42,975 bases of DNA from assembly GCA_041166685.1 (NCBI GenBank), contig JBEEGD010000001.1, forward strand, positions 1-42,975, written 5' to 3'. How positions within the stretch are numbered: position 1 is the stretch's first letter; each line of letters begins with the position of its first letter. Shown here piece by piece: positions 34,299-42,732 of the stretch. The notes beneath the pieces were generated by a model. It was not told the origin of the DNA. It made no database searches and saw nothing but the letters and a program-made list of their open reading frames with translations. The position numbers were made by a program, and so were the translations under genes. This stretch comes from Acidimicrobiaceae bacterium. GTDB taxonomy: Bacteria; Actinomycetota; Acidimicrobiia; Acidimicrobiales; JACDCH01.

Positions 34299-35518
34299 GT
34301 CGTGAGGACCTCCGTAAAGACACGCTCCATGTACCGGCGGATTCGTCGGCTACCGGGTATTGCCGCGAGGAAGAGGCCAAGGACGAGGACAAGCGGGACA
34401 CCGCCGAAGGTGTAACCGATCGCCGTGTTGGGCGAGGTCGGGGTTCCCGTTCTGGTCGGAATGGCCGCCGTCTGCGACGGCAGGGATGGGTTCGAGCTGA
34501 GGATCCCTCCACTGGCCGGACCCGGCGCGTGGGCGATGACGTTGGCGGCGGTCGGTGCGGGGTTGGTCGGGCCCTTGGTGGCCGTCTGGCTCTTCACCAG
34601 TGACGCGGCGGCTGCGGCCGTCGTGCTGGCGAACACCATGTTGAGGCGACCGCCGGGCGGTATCGGCGGTACCGCGGGCAACGGCACCGAGATGAGGAGT
34701 CCGCCGGTTGACCGGCTCCCCGTCGCGCCGCTGCACCCGTCGGCCGATCCGAGGGTGCGGGCCTGGATGCCGCTCGACGCGAGGAGCGCGTCCGCCGCCG
34801 CGTTGGAGTCCTTCGCGTGAATGCCGCTGTCGTCGATCTCCACTGGCGTGTCGCCGACCCTCGCGCCCGACACGACCGCGATCCCTTCGCACTTCGCCGT
34901 CACACCGTCGCTCACCGCCGTGGACGTGGTCGAGACCGAATCAATGTGCAGCACGCCCACGTTGATGCCGTTCGCCGTGCTCGTCACGGTGGACGTGATG
35001 CTCTTGGCCTCGAGCACGCTCTCGCTGACAGTTCGGATCGATCCCACGTTGACCAGACCCGGGATCAGGAAGGCGCCGTTCTCGGCCGTCGCGACGGCGT
35101 GGTCGGGTCGGACGTCGGTGGACATCGTGATGCCCGGCTGCTCGTTGTGCTTCGCGTCCTCGTACTCCTTCTGCTCGACGACCAGGGGGTAATCCGGGAG
35201 CGGTAGCCGGGTTCCGGACGCAATCTCGATGAGGGGACGGATGCCGACAAAGAGTGTTCCTGGCCACACCGTGCTGGCCCGCCCGAACCCACGACCGCCG
35301 GTGCCCAAGTTCGTGAGACCGAGTGACAACGTGCCTTCGATCGGCGTCTCCACCGGCAACAGCGCCGGCAACGATGGGCCCGCGGTGAATCCGGTCCCGG
35401 CGCTTGCCCCCGAGTAGCCACCGAAGTTCTCGCCCACCGCGCTGGCGGGCGACGATCCGGCGAGCGCAGAGAAGATGAGCAGGGCGCCGACTGCATGCAG
35501 CACGCGCGCGGGGTTCAC
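34295..35518 (-). CDS. Hypothetical secreted protein with a C-terminal membrane anchor
   Basis: The GTG overlaps the LivF stop (GTGA, 35515-35518). It has a signal peptide ...ALAGSSPASA and a Ser/Thr/Val-rich, probably beta-rich body. A Pro/Thr/Ala linker follows, then the terminal TM GGVPLVLVLGLFLAAIPG and RRIRRY. Confidence 0.65.
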   Translation of the reverse strand: MNPARVLHAVGALLIFSALAGSSPASAVGENFGGYSGASAGTGFTAGPSLPALLPVETPIEGTLSLGLTNLGTGGRGFGRASTVWPGTLFVGIRPLIEIASGTRLPLPDYPLVVEQKEYEDAKHNEQPGITMSTDVRPDHAVATAENGAFLIPGLVNVGSIRTVSESVLEAKSITSTVTSTANGINVGVLHIDSVSTTSTAVSDGVTAKCEGIAVVSGARVGDTPVEIDDSGIHAKDSNAAADALLASSGIQARTLGSADGCSGATGSRSTGGLLISVPLPAVPPIPPGGRLNMVFASTTAAAAASLVKSQTATKGPTNPAPTAANVIAHAPGPASGGILSSNPSLPSQTAAIPTRTGTPTSPNTAIGYTFGGVPLVLVLGLFLAAIPGSRRIRRYMERVFTEVLTT

Positions 35519-36252
35519 GCGCTTGTCCCGAGGTAGGCGTGCGTCAACTTGTCCGCCATGTCCTTCGGGTCGCCAAGGCCTCGGATGCGGCCTTGCACGA
35601 GGATCGCGACCTCGTCGACGAACTCGATCACGCCAGCGAACTGCTCCACCACGACGATGGTCACACCTCCCGCTGCCAGCTCGCGTACCACCTCAAAGAG
35701 CTGGCTCACCACGATAGGGGCCAAGCCCATGGACAGTTCGTCGAGGAGGATCAGGGCGGGATCCGTGGTCAGCGCTCGCGCGAGCGAAAGCATCTGTTGC
35801 TCGCCACCGGAGAGCGTGCCCGCAAGCTGATTGCGCCGTTCGCCAAGCCGCGGGAAACGCTCGTAGGTGCGGTGTTCGAGATCCTCGAGCCGTCGACCGT
35901 TCGCCGCGAACGTGTCCATCAACACGTTCTCACGAACGGTCAGGTTGGGGAACACGCCACGACCCTCAGGGATCAGGCACACGCCGGCGCGGGAGAGGTG
36001 CTCAGCGGACGCGCCGGTCACGTCGAGGCCCTCCATGCGGACGCTTCCTCCGGACGGTGCCATCACGCCGCTCACGACCTTGAGCATGGTGGTTTTCCCC
36101 GCGCCATTCGGCCCGAGCACGGCGAGCACCGATCCGCCACGGACGACCAGATCGATGCCGTGCAGTACCTCGATGTTGCCGTAGCCGGCGTGGACGCCGC
36201 GTAGCTCGAGCACCGGTACCGCGTCAGGCGGAGTGGGCGTCGCGTCAGGCAT
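35515..36252 (-). CDS. LivF-type ABC ATPase (locus 2)
   Basis: Walker A GPNGAGKTT, LSGGEQQMLSLARAL and LILLDELS are present. ATG 36252 overlaps the upstream gene by 8 nt. Confidence 0.9.
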   Translation of the reverse strand: MPDATPTPPDAVPVLELRGVHAGYGNIEVLHGIDLVVRGGSVLAVLGPNGAGKTTMLKVVSGVMAPSGGSVRMEGLDVTGASAEHLSRAGVCLIPEGRGVFPNLTVRENVLMDTFAANGRRLEDLEHRTYERFPRLGERRNQLAGTLSGGEQQMLSLARALTTDPALILLDELSMGLAPIVVSQLFEVVRELAAGGVTIVVVEQFAGVIEFVDEVAILVQGRIRGLGDPKDMADKLTHAYLGTSA

Positions 36253-38188
36253 TGACGGGTGGCCCGACGGGTTCGGCGGCAGCTGTGGGTTCGCGGCGGG
36301 TCAGGCGACGCACCACGTCGACTCGTTTGCGGACCGCGGCGCGCAGCTGTCCCGACACCCCACCCGCGTGGCGCGCCGCGTACATCGCCAACAGGCCGAT
36401 GATCAACGGCTGGAGCGCTTGCGCGCCGGAGAAGCCGCCTCCTCCGCCGCTGCCGAGACCCTGCAGCACGCGTGGCAACACGACGAAGAACAATGCACCC
36501 AACAGCGCGCCCGACACGCTCGTGATGCCGAAGATCGTCGCCACCAGAAGCACCGCCAGCGACTTGAAGTAGAAGAAGTCGAGCTGGCCGACGCGCACCT
36601 GCAGCGCGCCCAGCAGCGCCCCCGCGGCACCGGCGAGCGCCGCGGACATCCCGAACGCGACCAGCTTGATCCGCGCGAGTGACAGTCCCATCGTCTGACA
36701 GGCTGTCGGCGAGTCGCGCAAGGCGTTGAGCATGCGGCCGAGAGCACTTCGCCGCACTGCGAGGAAGACGTTGGCAAACACCGCGCAGGCGAGCGCGCAG
36801 ACGATGAACATCTGACGGTCGCCGTTGAGATCGAGCGAGACCGGACGGGGAACGGCCAGCGATTCACCCCCGCCGAACACGTTGCTGTTTCCGAAGAACA
36901 GCCCGTCCATCAGGATCGCGAACGCGAGCGTGAGGAGGGCCAAATAGATGCCTCGCAGCCGCAGTACGGGCAGCGCCACCAGGCAGCCGGCGATGCCGGT
37001 CACTCCCGCAGCGAGCGCGAAACCGACGATCCACGGAACGCCGGTGCCGAGCTCACCGATCACCACGGCGCCCACCCCGACGAATGACATCTGCATCAAC
37101 GAGACCTGGCCTGACAGGCCTGTGAGCAGTACGAGGCTGAGCGTGATGCACGTGTACACCAGCGCGTTCGAACCTGTGGTGAGGTCGGGCCGGCTGAGCT
37201 GGCCCGACAACGCCCAGGCCCCGATCACCGCGAGTCCGCCGATGCCGACCGTTGTCTGCCACCGCGGCGGGCTCGGTTCCGCATGCGTTGGCACCCGCTC
37301 TGGCAGACGGCGTTGCGCGAAGAGCAGCAGGGCGCCGAACAGCACGATGAACGGCACGGCCTGCTTCAAGTTGCGCACGATCTCGTTGTCCTGCGGCAGG
37401 TAGCCGACGAACATCGACTGGCTGACGCCCAACACCAACGCGCCGGCGAAGGTGGCGGGAAGGTTCTGCAGCCGACCGACCACCGCGGCGGCATACGCCT
37501 GCACGACGAGGAGGCTCAGACCGTTCACCTCGAGGTTCAGACCGGGGGCGATGAGGATGGCCGCGAGCCCAGCCAGCATCGAACCGAGTGCCCACGACGC
37601 GGCCGTGATCCGGTTGGGGCTCGAGCCCTTGACCGCGCACAGTTCGGGGTTGTCGACGACCGCACGCATCGCGACACCGAGGCGTGTGCGGCGAAAGAGC
37701 ACCCGCAACCCGAATGCAACCGCCAGAGCGGCGAACACCGTCGTCGCCTGATCCCAGCTGATGTTGACACCGGCCAGCCGGAACGTGCGATCGCCCCACA
37801 GCCCGGGAACAGTCCGCAGGTTCAAGTCCCACATCGCGAGCGCGAGGCCCTGGAACGACAGGAGCAGCGCAAGCGTCACGACCAACTTCGTCGCGACCGT
37901 GGTGCCCCTCAGAAGACGGCGCATCACGAGTGCGTCGAGCGTGACGCCGATCAGCGGCGCCACCACGCCCAGCGTGACGATCAACGCCAGCGGGGTCGGC
38001 CATCCGCGGTTGACCCGCAGCTCCCAGTAGACGAACGCGAGGAACATGCCGACCGCGCCGTGAGCGAAGTTGAACACGCCAGAGGTGATGTAGGTGACGA
38101 CGAGGCCAGTGGCCGAGATGGCGTAAATGGCCGCGAGCGTGACCCCGAGGACCAGAAACGTGAAGAACGTCTGCAGGTCCAAGCCCAT
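36245..38188 (-). CDS. Fused LivH-LivM HAAT-family ABC permease (locus 2)
   Basis: The LivH-like N-terminal half has GVFNFAHGAVGMFLAF. The LivM-like C-terminal half has LLTGLSGQVSLMQMSFVGVGA. There are about 18 hydrophobic segments. Confidence 0.9.
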   Translation of the reverse strand: MGLDLQTFFTFLVLGVTLAAIYAISATGLVVTYITSGVFNFAHGAVGMFLAFVYWELRVNRGWPTPLALIVTLGVVAPLIGVTLDALVMRRLLRGTTVATKLVVTLALLLSFQGLALAMWDLNLRTVPGLWGDRTFRLAGVNISWDQATTVFAALAVAFGLRVLFRRTRLGVAMRAVVDNPELCAVKGSSPNRITAASWALGSMLAGLAAILIAPGLNLEVNGLSLLVVQAYAAAVVGRLQNLPATFAGALVLGVSQSMFVGYLPQDNEIVRNLKQAVPFIVLFGALLLFAQRRLPERVPTHAEPSPPRWQTTVGIGGLAVIGAWALSGQLSRPDLTTGSNALVYTCITLSLVLLTGLSGQVSLMQMSFVGVGAVVIGELGTGVPWIVGFALAAGVTGIAGCLVALPVLRLRGIYLALLTLAFAILMDGLFFGNSNVFGGGESLAVPRPVSLDLNGDRQMFIVCALACAVFANVFLAVRRSALGRMLNALRDSPTACQTMGLSLARIKLVAFGMSAALAGAAGALLGALQVRVGQLDFFYFKSLAVLLVATIFGITSVSGALLGALFFVVLPRVLQGLGSGGGGGFSGAQALQPLIIGLLAMYAARHAGGVSGQLRAAVRKRVDVVRRLTRREPTAAAEPVGPPVNA

Positions 38189-38211
38189 CCCCCAGAGCGT
38201 GCCGACCCCGC

Positions 38212-38225
38212 TGAAACACGTTCTA
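38212..38225. promoter_or_regulatory. KstR-type operator box
   Basis: TGAAACACGTTCTA matches TnnAACnnGTTnnA at all 8 constrained positions. It lies 24 nt upstream of ATG 38188 (minus strand) and 39 nt upstream of ATG 38264 (plus strand), in a 75-bp divergent intergenic region. Confidence 0.65.
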
Positions 38226-38263
38226 GCGCGCCTGGCGATTCAGGGCTACCTTTCGCCTCGTTG

Positions 38264-39736
38264 ATGGGGGTTCGTCGCGTTGGGGTGCGGCGTGCGCTGT
38301 TGGTGATGTTGGCGTTGCTCATGCCAGCGGCGTGCGGTTCACGATTGCCCGAGAAGGTCCTCACGCGTCTCGACAACGCCGCGCTCGGTGCCAACGGCAA
38401 CGGCACGTCCGTCTCCGGCGCACCTGGCGCGGGCGGAGCCGCGGGCCCGGCGGCCGCCAATGGCTCGACGAGCGCGGCCGGCGCGACGGGAACGGGCGGC
38501 GGAGGCACCGGCGCCGGACAGACCGGTGGCGCCACCGCCGGAGCCACGGACACGGGTGCGGCAGCGGCCGCCGATTGCCACGGCGGAGCCACCGACACCG
38601 GCGTGACCGCGGACGAGATCAAGGTGGCGGCGATGGTGACGGCTTCGGGACCGTTGCCGGGCGCGACCGAGGGCCAGTACCGCGGCGCGGCGTCCTACCT
38701 CGCCAAGATCAACGCCGAGGGCGGTGTGTGCGGTCGCAAATTCACGATCGTCGAGGGGGACGACGGTCTCGACCCCCAGCGAGCACGCAGCGAGTTCCTG
38801 CGGCTCGAGCCGCAGGTCTTCGCGTTCGTGGGAAACCTCGCGGTGGCCGATTCCGGATACATCGACCTCCTCGAGTCCACCAAGGTGCCCTACGTCGGCG
38901 TGTCCGTCGACCCGAAGGGCCGGCCGATCGAGAGCGTCGTACCGCACGCCGATCCAGCGCCGGGGACACACGTGGCGAACACCGGACCGTACGTGTACAT
39001 GCTGCAGAAGCACCCCAGCGCGACCAAGGTGGCCTTCCTGTATGCGGACGTCGGCGGGGTGCGCGCCAACATCGGCGGGTCACTCGAGCCGCTCAAGAAA
39101 GCCGGCTATCAGATCGTGTACGGACCGTCGGGCGCGGGCACGACCTCGCCCGACTACACGCCCGAAGTCATCAACATGCAGAGCTCCGGTGCGCAGATGG
39201 TGTACCTGTTCGCCTTCGAAGTGAACATGCACATCCGTATGGCGCGCAGCATGCGCCAACAGAACTTCGAGCCCGAGCTCAAGGTCTCGAACATTGGTTA
39301 CAACTCACAGTTGATCAAGCTCCTCGGCGACGTGGCCAATGGCTGGCTCAACCCGATTCCGCACGTGCCGATGCTCGACGCGTCCGAACCCTCGGTGAGT
39401 CCCGCGTTGCAAGAGTTCCTGAAGTGGAACACGCAGCTGTTCCCGGACTCGTCCGTCGATCTCTTTCCTGTGAATGGATGGGCGGCCGCCGCGCAGTTCG
39501 TCAGAGGACTACGAGAGCTCGGGCCCGACGTGACACGGGCGAAACTCGTCGAAGCCATCAACGCGATACCAGAGGACGACGGCGGTGGGATGATCGGCAC
39601 GGTCTTCCCGGCGCAGCGGCAAGGATCGCCGTGCTTCGTCATCGAACGAGTCGAGCAACAGCAATGGGTGCGGGAGTACCCCGCGAGCGGGTTCGAGTGC
39701 AACCTCGGCGAATCGTTCGAGTGGAAGGATTCGTAG
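38264..39736 (+). CDS. Liv/HAAT-type ABC substrate-binding lipoprotein (locus 2)
   Basis: ATG 38264 is the chosen start; the ORF upstream of it is antisense shadow. Lipobox LLMPAA-C is present, followed by a ~90-aa Gly/Ala/Thr linker. A type-I binding fold follows (IKVAAMVTASGPLPGATEGQYRGA, GRKFTIVEGDDG). Confidence 0.8.
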   Translation: MGVRRVGVRRALLVMLALLMPAACGSRLPEKVLTRLDNAALGANGNGTSVSGAPGAGGAAGPAAANGSTSAAGATGTGGGGTGAGQTGGATAGATDTGAAAAADCHGGATDTGVTADEIKVAAMVTASGPLPGATEGQYRGAASYLAKINAEGGVCGRKFTIVEGDDGLDPQRARSEFLRLEPQVFAFVGNLAVADSGYIDLLESTKVPYVGVSVDPKGRPIESVVPHADPAPGTHVANTGPYVYMLQKHPSATKVAFLYADVGGVRANIGGSLEPLKKAGYQIVYGPSGAGTTSPDYTPEVINMQSSGAQMVYLFAFEVNMHIRMARSMRQQNFEPELKVSNIGYNSQLIKLLGDVANGWLNPIPHVPMLDASEPSVSPALQEFLKWNTQLFPDSSVDLFPVNGWAAAAQFVRGLRELGPDVTRAKLVEAINAIPEDDGGGMIGTVFPAQRQGSPCFVIERVEQQQWVREYPASGFECNLGESFEWKDS

Positions 39737-39747
39737 TCAACAGCTGC

Positions 39748-39795
39748 AAATCCCACTCAAAGCGACACATTTTTGTGTACGTCTGAGTGGGATTT
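39748..39795. repeat. Palindromic repeat element, copy A (probable bidirectional hairpin between convergent genes)
   Basis: AAATCCCACTCA-N24-TGAGTGGGATTT has 12-bp perfect arms. The spacer contains ACACATTTTTGTGT. The right arm plus flank is 24/28 identical to copy B. Confidence 0.8.
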
Positions 39796-39802
39796 GAGGT
39801 TG

Positions 39803-40939
39803 TTAGCCGTCCAGCTCCGCGCTCATGCGTTGGGTGACGTCGATGTACTCGTCGATCATCTCGAGCACGACTTGCTTGGTGGTGCGCACCGAGTTCATGC
39901 GGCTGACGATCTGACCGACGGGCATCCCCACGAGCTCCCGGGGCGGGTTCGCACCCATCTTGCGGTTGGCGTACGCGTTGAGAATGAACTGCAGCGGCAT
40001 CGGCAGCGTGCCGGGGGAGTCGGGCGAGTCCCACGCATCGGTCCACGCGGTACGCAGCTGGCGCGCGGGCTTGCCGGTGAACGCCCGCGAGCGGACAGTG
40101 TCGGTCGACGTCGCGGCCAGCAGCTTCTCGGTGACGACGCCGCCGTAGTCGTTCTCGATCGTGGTGAGCCAGCTGGACCCGGTCCACACGCCGTCGGCAC
40201 CGAGGGCCATGGCCGCGGCCATCTGCCGGCCCGAACCGACCCCGCCGGCCGCCAGCACGGGCACCGGCGCGATCGCATCCACCACGTCAGGTACGAGCAC
40301 CATCGACGCGACTTCACCTGTGTGACCGCCGGCCTCGTAGCCCTGAGCGATGATGATGTCGACGCCTTGCTGTACGTCGCGTACCGCTTGCTCGACGCGA
40401 CCGATGAGCGCCGCGATCTTGACCCCTTGCTCGTGGGCCTGGTCGATGGCCGCCTTTGGTGGCGGACCGAGCGCGGACGCCAACAGCGAGATCGGGTGCG
40501 AGAGCGCGATCTCGATCTGCGGTGCGCCGGTGGCTTCGGTCCAGCCGAGCACGCCGGCGCCCATCCCGGCACCTTCTTCGAGCACGTCTGCATCGTCTGA
40601 GACGTCGACGCCATGATCGGCCAGGATCTTGTCCACGTAGTCCCAGTGGTCCTGCGAGATGAACTCACGCAGCTTGGCCCCGATGTCGCTCACATCGTCG
40701 AGCCCCGCATCGCGGTCGACGGTTTTGACCGGCATCACGACGTCGACGCCGTACGGCCTGCCGTCCACGTGCTCGTCGATCCACTTCAGCTCGAGCTCGA
40801 GCTGTTCGGGCGAGAACGCCAGCGCGCCGAGCACACCCATGCCACCTGAGTTGGTGACGGCCGCGACGACGTCACGGCAGTGCGAGAACGCGAAGATCGG
40901 GAACTCGATCCCGAACATGTCAACGAGCCGATTCTTCAT
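39803..40939 (-). CDS. Nitronate monooxygenase (NMO / 2-nitropropane dioxygenase-like, FMN TIM barrel)
   Basis: ATG 40939 has AAGGAG 5 nt upstream. MFGIEFPIFAFSHCRDVVAAVTNSGGMGVLGA and GYEAGGHTG are present. Confidence 0.85.
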   Translation of the reverse strand: MKNRLVDMFGIEFPIFAFSHCRDVVAAVTNSGGMGVLGALAFSPEQLELELKWIDEHVDGRPYGVDVVMPVKTVDRDAGLDDVSDIGAKLREFISQDHWDYVDKILADHGVDVSDDADVLEEGAGMGAGVLGWTEATGAPQIEIALSHPISLLASALGPPPKAAIDQAHEQGVKIAALIGRVEQAVRDVQQGVDIIIAQGYEAGGHTGEVASMVLVPDVVDAIAPVPVLAAGGVGSGRQMAAAMALGADGVWTGSSWLTTIENDYGGVVTEKLLAATSTDTVRSRAFTGKPARQLRTAWTDAWDSPDSPGTLPMPLQFILNAYANRKMGANPPRELVGMPVGQIVSRMNSVRTTKQVVLEMIDEYIDVTQRMSAELDG

Positions 40940-40957
40940 GCTCACTCCTTTTCGAAT

Positions 40958-40999
40958 TCCCACTCATCCGTACACAAATTTGTGTACGGATGAGTGGGA
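40958..40999. repeat. Palindromic repeat element, copy B (perfect 42-bp palindrome)
   Basis: TCCCACTCATCCGTACACAAA|TTTGTGTACGGATGAGTGGGA lies between the FadD-like stop (41009) and the NMO SD (40945-40950). Confidence 0.85.
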
Positions 41000-41008
41000 T
41001 TTGGGGAT

Positions 41009-42604
41009 CTATTGCAATGCCTCCTCGAGGAGCTTCTTGGCTCGGGGGTAGTCGGGCTTCCCCGACGGCTGGCGTGGGATCACGTCGACGATGAGCAGTT
41101 CCCGCGGCACCTTGTACCCGGCGATGCGCGTGCGGGAGTGCTCGACGAGTTCCTCCAACGTGACCGACGTACCGGGGCGAGGTTGGACGACCGCGGTCAC
41201 CTTCTGCCCCCAGCGATCGTCGTCGATGCCGACAACGAGCACGTCGAACACACTCGCGTGCGCCTTGAGTGCGGCCTCGACTTCCTCCGGGTAGATCTTC
41301 TCGCCACCAGAGTTGATGCACTGCGACCCGCGTCCGAGCAACGTCATCGTGCCGTCGAGCTCGAGCCGCGCGAAGTCGCCGGGCACTGAGTAGCGCTTGC
41401 CCTCCACTTGGACAAAGGTCGCGGCGGTCTTGACCGGATCCTTGTAGTAACCGACCGGCACATTGCCGCCGCGCGCCATCCGTCCGGTCTCACCCGGCTG
41501 GACGGGCTTGTTGTCGTCGTCGATGACGATCGTGTCGGGACCGCGCGTCACGTTCACCAAACCCGTGTCGTTCGCGGTTGCGCCCTTCTCGAGCAGCCGC
41601 AGACCGTTGAACCCGGTTTCCGAGGATCCGACCGCCTCGCTGACGAACAGATTGGGCAACAATTCGAACAACTGGTCCTTCACCACCGGCGAGAACACCG
41701 CGGCGGTGGAGCTGACGGCGATCAGGCTGCTGGTGTCGTAAGAACGCTCCTGCAACGCGTCGATCAACGGACGCGCCATCGCATCCCCCGTGATCGCCAG
41801 CGTGGCGATGCGGTAGCGCTCGACGGCGGCCCACACGTCGTCCGCGTCGAATTTCGGGAGCAACACGAGCGACGTACCGCGAAACAAGCCGCCGAAGGTC
41901 GTCCACTGTGCGGCGCCGTGCATGAGCGGCGCCAAGATGAGCGCGTGGCTCGGCGGCGCGGCGGCCCCGTCTTGCGCCAGCTTGTGCTCCTCTTCGACCC
42001 GCTCGCCGGTCACGAAGTCGATGCCGCCGCCCAACGTGCGGAACACGTCTTCGTGCCGCCACATCACGCCCTTCGGGAAGCCGGTGGTGCCGCCGGTGTA
42101 GAGCACGTAGAGATCGCCGTCGTCGCGTGGCGCGAAGTCGCGCGCGGGCGAAGCTGTCGCCAGCGCATCCTCATACGCCACGACCTCTTCCAGCGCGCAC
42201 GGCGTGCCGTCGTCCACGACGATGAGATGCTGCAGCAATGGCAGTTTGTCGCGCACGCCCGCCATACGCGGGCAGAACTCGGCCTGGAAGACGCATGCGA
42301 CGACATCGGCGTTCTCGAAGAGGTAGATCAGCTCCTCCTCGACGTACCGGAAGTTCACGTTGATCGGTACCGCACGCAGCTTGAAGCAGGCGAGCATCGT
42401 CTCGACGAACTCGATCGAGTTGTAGGAGTAGATGGCGACGTGCTGGCGCTCACCCACGCCGCTGGCGGCGAGATGGTGGGCCAGCCGGTTCGACCGCTCC
42501 TCGAGCTCCGTGTAGGTGATCGAGCGATCTCCGCAGATGAGAGCGATGCGCTCGGGCACCAAGTCGACGGCGTGCTCGACCAGATCGGCGAGGTTGAAGG
42601 CCAT
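41009..42604 (-). CDS. Acyl-CoA synthetase, FadD19-like (AMP-binding family)
   Basis: ATG 42604 gives the N-terminus MAFNLADLVEHAVDLVPERIALICGD, typical of FadD19-type ligases. The AMP motif is LYTGGTTGFPKGVMWRHEDV. The maximal ORF begins at TTG 42640. Confidence 0.85.
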   Translation of the reverse strand: MAFNLADLVEHAVDLVPERIALICGDRSITYTELEERSNRLAHHLAASGVGERQHVAIYSYNSIEFVETMLACFKLRAVPINVNFRYVEEELIYLFENADVVACVFQAEFCPRMAGVRDKLPLLQHLIVVDDGTPCALEEVVAYEDALATASPARDFAPRDDGDLYVLYTGGTTGFPKGVMWRHEDVFRTLGGGIDFVTGERVEEEHKLAQDGAAAPPSHALILAPLMHGAAQWTTFGGLFRGTSLVLLPKFDADDVWAAVERYRIATLAITGDAMARPLIDALQERSYDTSSLIAVSSTAAVFSPVVKDQLFELLPNLFVSEAVGSSETGFNGLRLLEKGATANDTGLVNVTRGPDTIVIDDDNKPVQPGETGRMARGGNVPVGYYKDPVKTAATFVQVEGKRYSVPGDFARLELDGTMTLLGRGSQCINSGGEKIYPEEVEAALKAHASVFDVLVVGIDDDRWGQKVTAVVQPRPGTSVTLEELVEHSRTRIAGYKVPRELLIVDVIPRQPSGKPDYPRAKKLLEEALQ

Positions 42605-42612
42605 GCTCGGAG

Positions 42613-42626
42613 TAGAACACGTTCTG
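42613..42626. promoter_or_regulatory. KstR-type operator box
   Basis: TAGAACACGTTCTG matches 7 of the 8 constrained positions of TnnAACnnGTTnnA. It starts 9 nt upstream of the FadD-like ATG. Confidence 0.6.
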
Positions 42627-42674
42627 CGCGGCTGCGGCAATCAGCGCTCTGACCTGCTCGGTGGCGACCCAAAC

Positions 42675-42688
42675 GAGAATGTGTTCTA
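42675..42688. promoter_or_regulatory. Weaker KstR-like box
   Basis: GAGAATGTGTTCTA matches 6 of the 8 constrained positions. Its right half-site is an inverted copy of AGTAGAACAC from the first box. It lies 45 nt upstream of ATG 42733. Confidence 0.4.
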
Positions 42689-42732
42689 CTGCGCCGGTGA
42701 GCTCGGGGGGCGCGCGTGAGTCGATTTTCACG

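Noticed and set aside
38390-38590. GC-rich, repetitive-looking DNA (ggc/gcc/acc runs) that could be mistaken for a tandem repeat or array. Similar stretches lie at 9290-9470 and 10560-10720.
   Set aside because: There is no fixed repeat unit. These stretches simply encode Gly/Ala/Thr/Pro low-complexity linkers of the SBPs and the propeller protein.
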